DNA of 64,000 bases, taken from Burkholderiales bacterium (GTDB lineage Bacteria > Pseudomonadota > Gammaproteobacteria > Burkholderiales > WYBJ01). Below, in pieces: positions 37,425 to 46,565 of the stretch. The stretch is taken from assembly GCA_022841915.1 (NCBI GenBank), contig JALHQN010000010.1, forward strand, positions 101,426 to 165,425, read 5' to 3'. The position numbers and the translations under genes were made by a program. The notes below the pieces were generated by a model. It was not told the origin of the DNA. It saw only the letters and a list, made by a program, of their open reading frames with translations, and made no database searches. Numbering within the stretch: position 1 is the stretch's first letter; the number at the start of each line of letters is the position of its first letter.

Positions 37425-38632
37425 ACGCTGGCCGGGTCGATCGCGTGCGCCCACCACACACCGCTAGCCCAGGCGAAAAAGATGCCTTCGGCGTGGTCCG
37501 TAAAGGGCGCGGAAACCAGGCCCGCGGCAACGTAGAATAGCAGCAGACTGCGCGCAGCAAGGCGCTCGGAGGTTTCGGGCAACATTCCCGCGCTGCGCCA
37601 CTGGACGAACAGCAACCATGCTAAGGACGCCAGGCCCAGCAACCCGAGTTCGGCACCCAATTGCAAAAAGGAGTTGTGGGGGTGGTTGGTGGCTACCATG
37701 TCTGTTCCAGCGACTTGATCCGCATAGATAGTGGCAAAGCTTCCAGTGCCCGCGCCCAGCAGGGGGCGCTCGGCCACCATCTTCAGAGTGTTCTGATAAA
37801 ACTCGAGCCGCAGGCCCACAGAGGAGTCCTTGGGCGCGACTTCGCCGGGCCGCCAAGCCGACGCTTCCTGCCAGGCGATGGCAGCGCGCTGATGCATCAC
37901 CGAGTTCGGCAAAAACCACGCGATCGTAACGATTGTAGCGGCGCAGCCGACCACGACCGCGAGTCCGCGCCAGTGAAAGCGGCTGATGCCGATATAGAAC
38001 GCAGCTAGCGCTAGTACCACTTGGCCGGTCCGGCCAGGAATCATGAACAGAATATTGAATGCGGCCGCTCCGGCAAGTACGCCGTAGAACAGGCGCATCG
38101 TTTTGCCTGTGCCCGATCCCATAGCCCTTAGAGTGAACAGAACGGTGGCGAACGCCATTAAGAAGCTATGGGTGATGTGGTATTTGAAAACGACAGGATA
38201 GTTGGGGCTGCCTTTTATGCCTGGAATGGCCTCCACGATGCCGCTCCAGAGGATGAACGAGACGACAAGGACCAGTGCAGAGGCAGCAAGGAAAGCTCGG
38301 ATTGCTCGGTCCCGAGTGCTCACATCTCTGAACACAGTAAGAAATGCTGCAAGGAGGGCGAATCGAATAATGTCGGACGTTGAATGTCGGAGTTGATGCA
38401 GCGGCTCGGGTGCCCACAGCGTGCCAACGGCCATCACCCCCGCGAAGAGTAAGGCTGCGATGCCCACGGGATGTGCACGTATGACCTTTAGCTTGTTCGC
38501 AAAGTTCTGACTTGCCAGCCAGGCAAATAAGAAGACAACAAGTAAGATGTTGTTAAGAACTGCCGATATCGGGATTGAAAAGCCCAGGCCAATGGCCGCC
38601 CAATGCGTGACTTCTACTGCGCGGGTGCGCAC
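37421..38632 (-). CDS. O-antigen ligase family (Wzy_C domain) membrane protein
   Basis: About 10 hydrophobic segments and a periplasmic-loop motif NHPHNSFLQLGAELGLLG. GC is markedly lower than in the upstream genes. Confidence 0.75.
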   Translation of the reverse strand: MRTRAVEVTHWAAIGLGFSIPISAVLNNILLVVFLFAWLASQNFANKLKVIRAHPVGIAALLFAGVMAVGTLWAPEPLHQLRHSTSDIIRFALLAAFLTVFRDVSTRDRAIRAFLAASALVLVVSFILWSGIVEAIPGIKGSPNYPVVFKYHITHSFLMAFATVLFTLRAMGSGTGKTMRLFYGVLAGAAAFNILFMIPGRTGQVVLALAAFYIGISRFHWRGLAVVVGCAATIVTIAWFLPNSVMHQRAAIAWQEASAWRPGEVAPKDSSVGLRLEFYQNTLKMVAERPLLGAGTGSFATIYADQVAGTDMVATNHPHNSFLQLGAELGLLGLASLAWLLFVQWRSAGMLPETSERLAARSLLLFYVAAGLVSAPFTDHAEGIFFAWASGVWWAHAIDPASV

Positions 38633-38700
38633 TCTGCTGTCCTCCTAAGGATTGCGTCTCGGTCCGGCGGTGTGCGAAAAATGGTCCGACGGCTTCGGCC

Positions 38701-38708
38701 GGGGGGGG
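38701..38708. repeat. Homopolymeric G8 (C8 on the waaL-like coding strand) in an intergenic region
   Basis: gggggggg at 38701-38708, about 70 nt upstream of the O-antigen ligase start (38632) and downstream of the capD-like stop (38982). Confidence 0.9.
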
Positions 38709-38981
38709 CGGCTCGCGTCGACGTACTTAACCGCACTTAGGCATAAGCTACGAGCGCACACAGCAGACATGATTCGAAGATACTCGGCCGAATCTCTTAG
38801 CGCGCGAGGTCATAGAACGGGCGGGGGTGTGCCTGAGAAGTCAGAACGAAGTCATGGTCGCAGGATGAGCCTCGCGCATGAGTCTCGTAAGATGGCGTGG
38901 ACGCAGGGGCTTTAACGGTAAAACGGATCGGTGTCCGCGGATTCACGGCAGATGCGCTTTGGGATATCGAAGCGGCTTCAA

Positions 38982-40871
38982 TTAGTCGGTTCGCCGGATT
39001 CGAGCAATGTTGGCTGTGTTCGCTCCGTGGGCGGAGTGTACTGAGTAGCCGTCAGGGCTATTGAACTCCGGAATCCACCGAGCCAATTCCTGTTTCGCAG
39101 CCTGGTCGTCCAATAGATCATTGGACATTACCGAGGCGAGCAAGCCTTTCAGCCATTCATCGGTCTGCGGACGGGAAATGGCCATTCGTAGTTTGGGATG
39201 GCTGGTCGGGCGGGAGTTCTCGCCCGTGACCAGCAATTCCTCGTATAGTTTTTCGCCGGGACGCAGCCCCGTGTACTCAATGCGAATCTCTTCCTCGCTG
39301 TAGCCAGACAGCCGAATCAGGTCACGCGCCAAGCTCGAGATGTTAATTAGTTCGCCCATGTCGAGAATGAATATTTCTCCACCCCGCCCCATCAGTCCCG
39401 CCTGAAGGACGAGTTGGGTTGCCTCGGGGATTGACATAAAGAATCTTCGCACATCAGGATGGGTCACCGTCACAGGTCCGCCGCGGGCAATCTGCGAACG
39501 GAACTTGGGCACGACACTGCCTGCACTGCCCAGAACATTGCCGAACCGTACGCTTACGAAACGGGTCTTTCCCCGTTGCTGGAGGCACTGACACATCTGC
39601 TCCGCTAGGCGCTTCGTGGCTCCCATCACGCTGGTCGGGTTGACAGCCTTGTCGGTAGAGATCAAGACCATCTTCGTGACGCCTGCGTCGATAGCGCAGG
39701 TTGCCAGGGTATACGTGCCGAAAGCGTTGTTGCGGATTGCCTCCCAGCAATTATGTTCTTCCATCAAAGGTACGTGTTTGTAGGCGGCCGCATGGAAAAC
39801 AACTGAAGGGCTGTGATGCCCGAACACTTGCATTAGGCGCGGGCGTGATTTTACGTCGCCTACTGCACACACGATATCAACTGACGGGAAGCGCTCGCGA
39901 AACTCCTGCTCGATCTGATACAGAGCGAATTCGCTGTGATCGAAAAGTATCAGCCGGGATGGTTTGAAGTCCGCGATCTGACGGCAGATCTCGGACCCGA
40001 TTGAACCGCCGGCGCCGGTAATCATCACTACCTTGCCCGCCAGCCATTCCTGCAGCCCGGGCAGGTCCAGCACGACGGGGTCTCGGCCCAACAGATCTTC
40101 GAGTTCAACCGGCCGCAGTTGCGAGACGGTAACTTTGCCGCTCATGAGGTCCAGGTACGCTGGAACGGTCATTACCTTGAGCCCTGCCTCGGTACACAGA
40201 TCGACTGCGCGTCTGCGTATCTGGTGGGTCATCGAGGGCAGTGCGATTATGGCGTGCGTCGCGCCGAACTTCTGCGACCAACGGGCGATTTCATCGAAAT
40301 TGCCCAGAATGTTCACGCCGTGAACCTCCCGGCCATGCTTGGCTCGATTGTCGTCGAGCAGTCCCACTACCTTCCACTGGGTGCTGTACGAAAGCTCCCG
40401 TAACAGACTTAATGCGGCGGTGCCGGCACCGAGTATCAGTACGGGTTGGGCTTCCGAGCGCTTAAAACCAGTTAGGCGATGCTCCTTCCACAGGCGATAA
40501 GCGATGCGGCTGCCAGTCATTATGACGAGCAGTAGAAGTGGATTCAGAATGAGCACCGAGCGCGGCACGTCGGCGAAGCGGGCAAGCATCAATGCGGTCG
40601 GCACGACAAAGGCCGCTGAGCCGACGGCGAGAAGGATGCGTCGAATATCGGGCAGGCTCGCGTAGCGCCAGATGCCGCGATAGAGGCGGAAGGCGATGAA
40701 GGTCAGGGCCTGCAACGGAACCACCCACACGAGCGTTTTTAAGGCGATATCTTGGTAGACCGCGGGGATCTCGAGATTAAAGCGTAGCCAGAACGCAACC
40801 AACCACGCTACCGTGGCAGCGAGTAGATCGTGAAAGAAAACGAGAAGAACGCGACCGTTAAACGCAATCAT
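38982..40871 (-). CDS. Membrane-anchored nucleotide-sugar 4,6-dehydratase (CapD/WbpM/PglF family)
   Basis: 629 aa: 4 N-terminal TM segments, then two Rossmann regions (ILGAGTAA; VMITGAGGSIGSE) and a CapD-type C-terminal domain. Confidence 0.9.
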   Translation of the reverse strand: MIAFNGRVLLVFFHDLLAATVAWLVAFWLRFNLEIPAVYQDIALKTLVWVVPLQALTFIAFRLYRGIWRYASLPDIRRILLAVGSAAFVVPTALMLARFADVPRSVLILNPLLLLVIMTGSRIAYRLWKEHRLTGFKRSEAQPVLILGAGTAALSLLRELSYSTQWKVVGLLDDNRAKHGREVHGVNILGNFDEIARWSQKFGATHAIIALPSMTHQIRRRAVDLCTEAGLKVMTVPAYLDLMSGKVTVSQLRPVELEDLLGRDPVVLDLPGLQEWLAGKVVMITGAGGSIGSEICRQIADFKPSRLILFDHSEFALYQIEQEFRERFPSVDIVCAVGDVKSRPRLMQVFGHHSPSVVFHAAAYKHVPLMEEHNCWEAIRNNAFGTYTLATCAIDAGVTKMVLISTDKAVNPTSVMGATKRLAEQMCQCLQQRGKTRFVSVRFGNVLGSAGSVVPKFRSQIARGGPVTVTHPDVRRFFMSIPEATQLVLQAGLMGRGGEIFILDMGELINISSLARDLIRLSGYSEEEIRIEYTGLRPGEKLYEELLVTGENSRPTSHPKLRMAISRPQTDEWLKGLLASVMSNDLLDDQAAKQELARWIPEFNSPDGYSVHSAHGANTANIARIRRTD

Positions 40872-41091
40872 GACCAGCGACGATTCACCGGAAGGTAACG
40901 ATAAGCTCGGCTGACGGTGCGGTGTGAGCGCGAATTAAAGGTAGGCTTCCTGTCGAGGTCGGTCGCGATCATGCTGCCTCATCCCGCCCGATGCGATGGC
41001 ATAGTTAATCATTCTAGCTCAGCTAACGGCGTCGTGTGTGGGCGGATTTCACCATCGTTTGTCTATAGTCTGCCGCTTTGCAGGGAGCTGG

Positions 41092-41124
41092 CGCGATCTA
41101 GGGCGAGTATACTCGCGATCTAGG
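41092..41124. promoter_or_regulatory. Candidate operator: 11-bp direct repeat flanking and overlapping a perfect 14-bp palindrome
   Basis: cgcgatctagg at 41092-41102 and again at 41114-41124. The palindrome gcgagtatactcgc lies at 41103-41116. The site is in the AT-richer divergent region between the capD-like and wzz-like genes. Confidence 0.35.
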
Positions 41125-41238
41125 ATGCGCAATCGAGCCGGTTTTATCCTGTGCCGGTTGGCTGGCAATCCGGCATCGACTCACGCGTGCCGCATGGATA
41201 CCCATGACTACCATGGCCAAGGCCTCAACAACATAATA

Positions 41239-42453
41239 ATGCAACCTGATCCGCCGCCCGCTGCTAGGCTTGATCCGACCTTTGGCGTAGGTGCTGCGCC
41301 TCGTGGTGCTGTACGCCTTGCACTGATAGGCGCAGTAGTCCTCGCTGTGTTGTTCGCAGGCGTCGGATATATGAGTCCGATGTACGAGGCGAGCGCGCTA
41401 CTTCAGTTCCCCACCGCGCGCCTTAGAAGTCCGGAGATTCGGAATGCTGCACTGGATCTGCCTGTGTATCGTCGCGCGGTGGCGACCTACATCTCGACGG
41501 ACCAGATGACGCGCTATGCTCAACATCTGGGCATCGACAATCGGGCTCCGACCGTTGAAATGATCCGTCAGTCGCGTACGCCAGGGTTCTGGGATCGAGT
41601 GGCCATGCCGATGGCACCCCTCAGCCGCGAGGATCGCCGGCAGTTCGGTCTACAGAAGGCCGAAGAGTCAGCCGTGTTGCTTGGAGTGAGGCTCGGCGTG
41701 ACGGGGCGAAGGAAAGACGAGGTAAGCGAGATGATCGAGTTCCTCGGAATGTACTACTCCAACACTTTGATCAGGGCCCGAATCCGCAATTGGATGCTCG
41801 AAAGCAGAATCGACGTTGAGGGGGCGAGGAATCTCTCAGGCTCTGAAATCGTCCGACTCGGGCTGCAGAACAAGATGCACCAGCGCAGGATCGCGGCGAT
41901 GAAGGAGATTCTCGTGCGCTACCCTGACGCTGCCCGCCTAGATCCTCGGACGACGATTAATGTGGTTTCAGGCGAAAGAAATGACGACGACAGAGTTCGC
42001 GAGGAGCGATTGCTCTCCCCGCTCGCGCAGATCGTGGCTTCCGAGAGTGCTATTGCGCAGAACAACGAGATGATCGAGCGCTTGGAGCGCGAGATCTATC
42101 AGCGTGAACTCCTTGGGCAGTACTTTGTGGCTGCCGAGCGTATCGCCGACTCAAAACCCGATGCCTTCGATCTGGTCAGTCCGCTGCGGGAGCTTGCTCT
42201 CAGCCACTTCGTCGTCTCGAATCTTGGAGCGGAGGCTGCGGTGCAAGAGGTGCGGTTGGGAATCGAAGGGGCTCTCGATATATTTGAAGCCATGCCGACC
42301 CAGTACGGTGTGAGGGGCTCGATTCGCGTACATCGTCCTATGCGCAACGAGCCCGCCTTTCTGGGGGTGCTGGGGGCGATATTGGGGGGTGTGGGTTTCG
42401 CCGTCGCGGGGCATTGGATCAAACTTCGTCGGGCAGCTCGCGTCGCGAATTGA
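41239..42453 (+). CDS. Polysaccharide co-polymerase (Wzz/chain-length determinant)-like protein, tentative
   Basis: The topology is typical of PCP proteins: an N-terminal TM (AVRLALIGAVVLAVLFAGVGY), a long coiled-coil-rich periplasmic region, and a C-terminal TM (FLGVLGAILGGVGFAVAG). The start is uncertain (in-frame ATGs at 41125, 41194 and 41239). Confidence 0.5.
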   Translation: MQPDPPPAARLDPTFGVGAAPRGAVRLALIGAVVLAVLFAGVGYMSPMYEASALLQFPTARLRSPEIRNAALDLPVYRRAVATYISTDQMTRYAQHLGIDNRAPTVEMIRQSRTPGFWDRVAMPMAPLSREDRRQFGLQKAEESAVLLGVRLGVTGRRKDEVSEMIEFLGMYYSNTLIRARIRNWMLESRIDVEGARNLSGSEIVRLGLQNKMHQRRIAAMKEILVRYPDAARLDPRTTINVVSGERNDDDRVREERLLSPLAQIVASESAIAQNNEMIERLEREIYQRELLGQYFVAAERIADSKPDAFDLVSPLRELALSHFVVSNLGAEAAVQEVRLGIEGALDIFEAMPTQYGVRGSIRVHRPMRNEPAFLGVLGAILGGVGFAVAGHWIKLRRAARVAN

Positions 42454-42599
42454 GGCGCAATGCCCTTTTCTTCTAGGCAACTCGTCTGGGTTCTACAGGC
42501 TACAAAGCCTAATCGCGGGGCGAGCCGAAACGCATAACATTCGCGCTCAGGCGGTACGAATGCGATAATTCCTGCTTGTGCCTGTAGCTGCAGACTCAC

Positions 42600-43784
42600 G
42601 TGCTCCGGTCAGCGAATACATCACGACATCCTAGCTTTCACGCAGTCATGGACCTGATGTCGTCCATCCGAGGCATTGCAGCCATTGTCGTGGCGGCTGT
42701 GCATGCGTTTCAAGTCTTCGTCCTGCCCTATTTTGGTCTCTACGGCGTTGCGCATCTAGCGACGAGCTTTCTTGCGACCTACGCGGTGATCGCGTTCTTC
42801 ATCGTCAGTGGCTTCATGATCCACCTCAGCGTCACCAATCATCGTGATGCCGACGGCAAATTCGACACGGCGAGCTATTTTTCTGCGCGACTGCTGCGAA
42901 TATACCCGCCGCTGCTCACGGCAGTCGGCATCTCCCTTGTCGTTTATCTCGTCATGACCGGTCTCGAAATGCACGGATCGAAAACCTTCCGACTGGGCGG
43001 CGAGCTATTCGTTTCACGCGAGCGGGTGGAGTTCGAGTGGGACCGACTGCCTGCCACGCTGCTGCTGGTGTACAACGTTTTCCCGGGAGCAACGCAGCCA
43101 CTGTCAATAGATGGTCCATTATGGACACTGAGTTTCGAGTGGTGGTTCTACATGTTCGTGATGTTCGCAGCCGGGGTGTCGAGCCGGCGCCCCGTGCTGT
43201 TCGGCTACCTACCACTGGCATGCTTGCTGCTGGTGTTCCACAAGCAGCCGAGCGGTGTGCTGTTCTGGGCTCTGTTTTTCGTCTGGATGAGTGGTTTCCT
43301 GCTCGGGCACCTTTACAGGAAGGACGCGTTGAGTTCGCGCTGGTTCTTTCCGGTCGCAGCGCTGACCGTATTTTTCTGCATCGCCGGCATCGTTCTGGCC
43401 GGCGGCACCCGGACCATCGACTACATCGTGGAGCCGCTGCAGCGACTTGGTAATCGTGCGCACGTAGTGATGATGTTTATGGCATTCTTGCTGACCCTCG
43501 CTCTCGCGACCGTGATTCGGCGTGGTGCTAGGGTCCGCTTTCTGGTAGATACAGCGGACTTTTCTTACACGCTTTACCTTATCCACTATCCCCTTCTGCT
43601 CTTCGCGTTCGGGCTGCTGCATCCGTTGCTGCATGGGTTCGGATGGGTAGTATCCACTTTCGCAGCCATGCTCGTGACCTTACTGATCCTGCCCGTCGCT
43701 GCGCGTCTTGCCGCTGTGGTCGAGAACCGAGATTTGATTGCGAGCAAGCTCGCGGGCTGCTTTGCGCGGAGGGTTACCCGTTGA
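42600..43784 (+). CDS. Acyltransferase-3 family membrane O-acyltransferase (Lag-1/OafA-like)
   Basis: SIRGIAAIVVAAVH N-terminal motif, about 10 TM segments, FSYTLYLIHYP near the C-terminus. An alternative start is ATG 42648. Confidence 0.8.
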   Translation: MLRSANTSRHPSFHAVMDLMSSIRGIAAIVVAAVHAFQVFVLPYFGLYGVAHLATSFLATYAVIAFFIVSGFMIHLSVTNHRDADGKFDTASYFSARLLRIYPPLLTAVGISLVVYLVMTGLEMHGSKTFRLGGELFVSRERVEFEWDRLPATLLLVYNVFPGATQPLSIDGPLWTLSFEWWFYMFVMFAAGVSSRRPVLFGYLPLACLLLVFHKQPSGVLFWALFFVWMSGFLLGHLYRKDALSSRWFFPVAALTVFFCIAGIVLAGGTRTIDYIVEPLQRLGNRAHVVMMFMAFLLTLALATVIRRGARVRFLVDTADFSYTLYLIHYPLLLFAFGLLHPLLHGFGWVVSTFAAMLVTLLILPVAARLAAVVENRDLIASKLAGCFARRVTR

Positions 43785-44821
43785 GCACGTTCGTTATTGC
43801 CGAGGCGGGCGTCAATCACAATGGTTCCGAGGCGCTTGCCCTTGATCTGGTCGAGGCCGCGGCACGCTGCGGCGCTAATGCGGTAAAGTTCCAGACGTTT
43901 TCCGCTGACAAGCTGGTGATCCCAGGGGCTGCTAAGGCCGAGTATCAGCGGAGGGAAACCGGCGCAGGCAATCAGCATGGGATGCTGAAGGCGCTCGAAC
44001 TCTCCGAGCACATGCATAGAAACCTCTACCGGCGCTGTGCTGAGTTGGGCATCGAGTTCATGTCGACTCCGTTCGATGAGACGGCCGCCGATTTCCTAGT
44101 GGCCCTGGGAATGAGGCGGATCAAGGTGCCATCGGGCGAACTCACCAACCACCTGTTTCTCGAGCATCTCGCAGCCAAGGGTCTGCCGCTCATCGTCTCG
44201 ACGGGGATGGCCACGATCGATGAGATTCAGGAGGCCGTGACCACTATAGCGGCAACGCGCGATCGATGCGGGATCGCCCAGCCCCTGCCGCAGGCCGTCA
44301 CGCTGCTGCACTGTACGTCGAATTACCCAGCCGCGGTGGGCGACGTGAATCTGCTAGCGATGCGAACGATCGCGGAGGCAACCGGTTTGCCGGTCGGGTA
44401 TTCGGATCACACGCTGGGGACGGTGGTGTCGACGGCTGCGGTTGCCCTTGGGGCTACGGTAATCGAGAAGCACTACACGCTCGACCGCAACCTCCCCGGC
44501 CCGGATCATCGGGCCTCTTTGCTGCCCGACGAACTCGCGACTCTCATCGAGCGAATTCGTGATGTCGAGGCGGCGCTCGGATCGCCCGTAAAGGCGCCGG
44601 TCGCCGCGGAATTGCCCGTTCGTGACCTTGTTCGCCGCAGTGTGACTACGATGCGCTCAGTCCAACAGGGAGCGACCTTGCGCGTCGAGGATATCGGTTT
44701 GTTGCGGCCGGGCACCGGCATTGCTCCCAGAGAACTCTACGCTGTCGTAGGCCGACGGGTCGTGCGCGACATTCCGGCGGGCACAACACTAGTGTGGTCA
44801 GATCTGCAATGTCCCGAGTAG
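43781..44821 (+). CDS. neuB: Nonulosonic acid synthase (NeuB/LegI family)
   Basis: FVIAEAGVNHNGS ... AVKFQTF ... LHCTSNYP ... GYSDHT, plus a C-terminal SAF domain. TTG 43781 overlaps the upstream TGA (TTGA). Confidence 0.9.
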   Translation: MSTFVIAEAGVNHNGSEALALDLVEAAARCGANAVKFQTFSADKLVIPGAAKAEYQRRETGAGNQHGMLKALELSEHMHRNLYRRCAELGIEFMSTPFDETAADFLVALGMRRIKVPSGELTNHLFLEHLAAKGLPLIVSTGMATIDEIQEAVTTIAATRDRCGIAQPLPQAVTLLHCTSNYPAAVGDVNLLAMRTIAEATGLPVGYSDHTLGTVVSTAAVALGATVIEKHYTLDRNLPGPDHRASLLPDELATLIERIRDVEAALGSPVKAPVAAELPVRDLVRRSVTTMRSVQQGATLRVEDIGLLRPGTGIAPRELYAVVGRRVVRDIPAGTTLVWSDLQCPE

Positions 44822-45942
44822 TCTGCTACGTCTCCGGCTCGCGCGCTGATTTTGGGCTGATGGAGTCGACACTGAGGGCCATTCATCAGGCGCCGGATCT
44901 GACCCTCGGCATATTAGTGACCGGCATGCACCTCGCCACTCAGTACGGCAGCACTGTCCGCGACATTGAGGTTAGCGGTCTGCCCATCGTGGCGAGAATT
45001 CCAGTAGAGCTCGAGCCTGCCACCGGCCGGACGATGGCGTGCAACATTGGCCGCATGTTATGTGGAATCGTCGAGCACCTCGATGCTGAACGGCCTGATG
45101 TGGTTCTCGTACTTGGCGACCGCGGCGAAATGCTGGCAGGTGCACTGGCGGCGTTGCACTTGAACATTCCGGTCGCTCATGTCCATGGGGGCGAGCGCTC
45201 CGGTACGGTCGATGAACCCATCCGGCATGCGATATCCAAAGTCAGCCACTACCACTTCGTTGCCACGCTCCGGTCGCGTGAGAGACTGGTGCGTATGGGA
45301 GAGCAACCCGACCATATCTGGGTGACGGGGGCGCCTGGCCTCGACGGGATCGAGGCATTGGCGACCCGGTCGCGCGGCGAGTTGGCAGCCTCTATCGGTT
45401 TCGACCCGGACAAGCGAATCGCGATGATGGTTTACCACCCCGTGGTCCAGGAAGACGCTGTGGCAGGCCGCAGCGCTCATGTATTACTGTCTTGCTTGCT
45501 CCGGCACGATGTGCAGGTTCTGGCCATGGCGCCGAACTCAGACTCGGGCAGCGAGGCTATTCAGCGAGTGCTGAGCGACTACGCCGCAGCGGGCCATGTG
45601 CAATTCAAGACTCATCTTGGGCGTTCGGATTTCGTCTCGTGGATGGCGGCCGTTGATCTGCTGATCGGTAATTCCAGCGCCGGGATCATCGAGGCAGCAA
45701 GCTTCGGGACTCCTGTGGTCAACGTTGGTAGCCGACAGAATCTTCGAGAGCGCAACGCGAACGTGATAGATGCACCCGTGGATGCAGCGGCGCTGGAGAA
45801 AGCGATCCAGAAAGCTCTGCAGCGCGGCCGAACGACTGCAAGCAATATCTACGGCGACGGTGCTTCGGCAGCGCGTATCGTCGAACTGCTGAGCACCGTT
45901 CCTCTCGATTTGCCGGTACTGGCCAAGTCGAATGTCTACTGA
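44809..45942 (+). CDS. neuC: Hydrolysing UDP-sugar 2-epimerase (NeuC/LegG family)
   Basis: VSGSRADFGLM ... HVHGGERSGTVDEPIRHAISK motifs. Confidence 0.9.
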   Translation: MSRVVCYVSGSRADFGLMESTLRAIHQAPDLTLGILVTGMHLATQYGSTVRDIEVSGLPIVARIPVELEPATGRTMACNIGRMLCGIVEHLDAERPDVVLVLGDRGEMLAGALAALHLNIPVAHVHGGERSGTVDEPIRHAISKVSHYHFVATLRSRERLVRMGEQPDHIWVTGAPGLDGIEALATRSRGELAASIGFDPDKRIAMMVYHPVVQEDAVAGRSAHVLLSCLLRHDVQVLAMAPNSDSGSEAIQRVLSDYAAAGHVQFKTHLGRSDFVSWMAAVDLLIGNSSAGIIEAASFGTPVVNVGSRQNLRERNANVIDAPVDAAALEKAIQKALQRGRTTASNIYGDGASAARIVELLSTVPLDLPVLAKSNVY

Positions 45943-46561
45943 GCGTATCGTGATTGTGGGTGCGGGCGGTCATGGCAAAGTGGTACTGGATGCCTTGATT
46001 GCCGCCGGCATGAATGCCAGTTCGATTGCGTTGTCGGATGACAATCCGGGCCTGGCCGGGGCTTTGGTGTTGAGCTTTCGCGTTGTTGCACCGGCGCTCG
46101 AGCCTGCGTTCAAGCACACGGATTTTCACGTGGCCATTGGTGCAAATTCAATCCGGTCCCGAGTTTTTGCAAGGCTTGTGAAGGCAGGCGGGCGGCCGCG
46201 TATCGTGAGGCATCCAGGTGCCGTGGTCTCGGGCTATGCAATCCTCGGCGAGGGTGTGTTCCTCGCGGCCGGTTCTGTCGTGGCGCCGGATGCTTCGATC
46301 GGTAGTGGCTGCATTCTGAACCATGGCGCCGTGGTCGATCACGAATGCAGTGTTGGGGCATTCAGCCATATTGCCCCGAACGCTACACTTGGCGGTCGTG
46401 TGTCGCTCTCAGAGCGAGTGCTGGTCGGGGCAGGCGCAAACATTCTGCCCGGAATCAGCATAGGTGCCGATGCAGTGATTGGCGCTGGCGCTGTGGTGAC
46501 GCGCGATATCGGTCGAGGCGAAATTGTGCGCGGTGTTCCGGCAGTAGCCGGGAGGAGATGA
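45932..46561 (+). CDS. NeuD/PglD-family sugar N-acetyltransferase (left-handed beta-helix)
   Basis: N-terminal Rossmann-like IVIVGAGGHGKVV followed by hexapeptide repeats. 209 aa. Confidence 0.8.
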   Translation: MSTERIVIVGAGGHGKVVLDALIAAGMNASSIALSDDNPGLAGALVLSFRVVAPALEPAFKHTDFHVAIGANSIRSRVFARLVKAGGRPRIVRHPGAVVSGYAILGEGVFLAAGSVVAPDASIGSGCILNHGAVVDHECSVGAFSHIAPNATLGGRVSLSERVLVGAGANILPGISIGADAVIGAGAVVTRDIGRGEIVRGVPAVAGRR

Positions 46562-46565
46562 TCCG

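Noticed and set aside
40872-41238. Searched the glycan-locus leader regions for a JUMPStart/ops element (GGCGGTAG). Also searched the whole window for CRISPR-like spaced repeats, IS inverted repeats, integrase/transposase ORFs and flanking tRNA genes.
   Set aside because: None were found by eye. The low-GC locus therefore has no visible mobility machinery in this window. Its right boundary is off-window, so acquisition can only be inferred from composition and the pseudogene scar.
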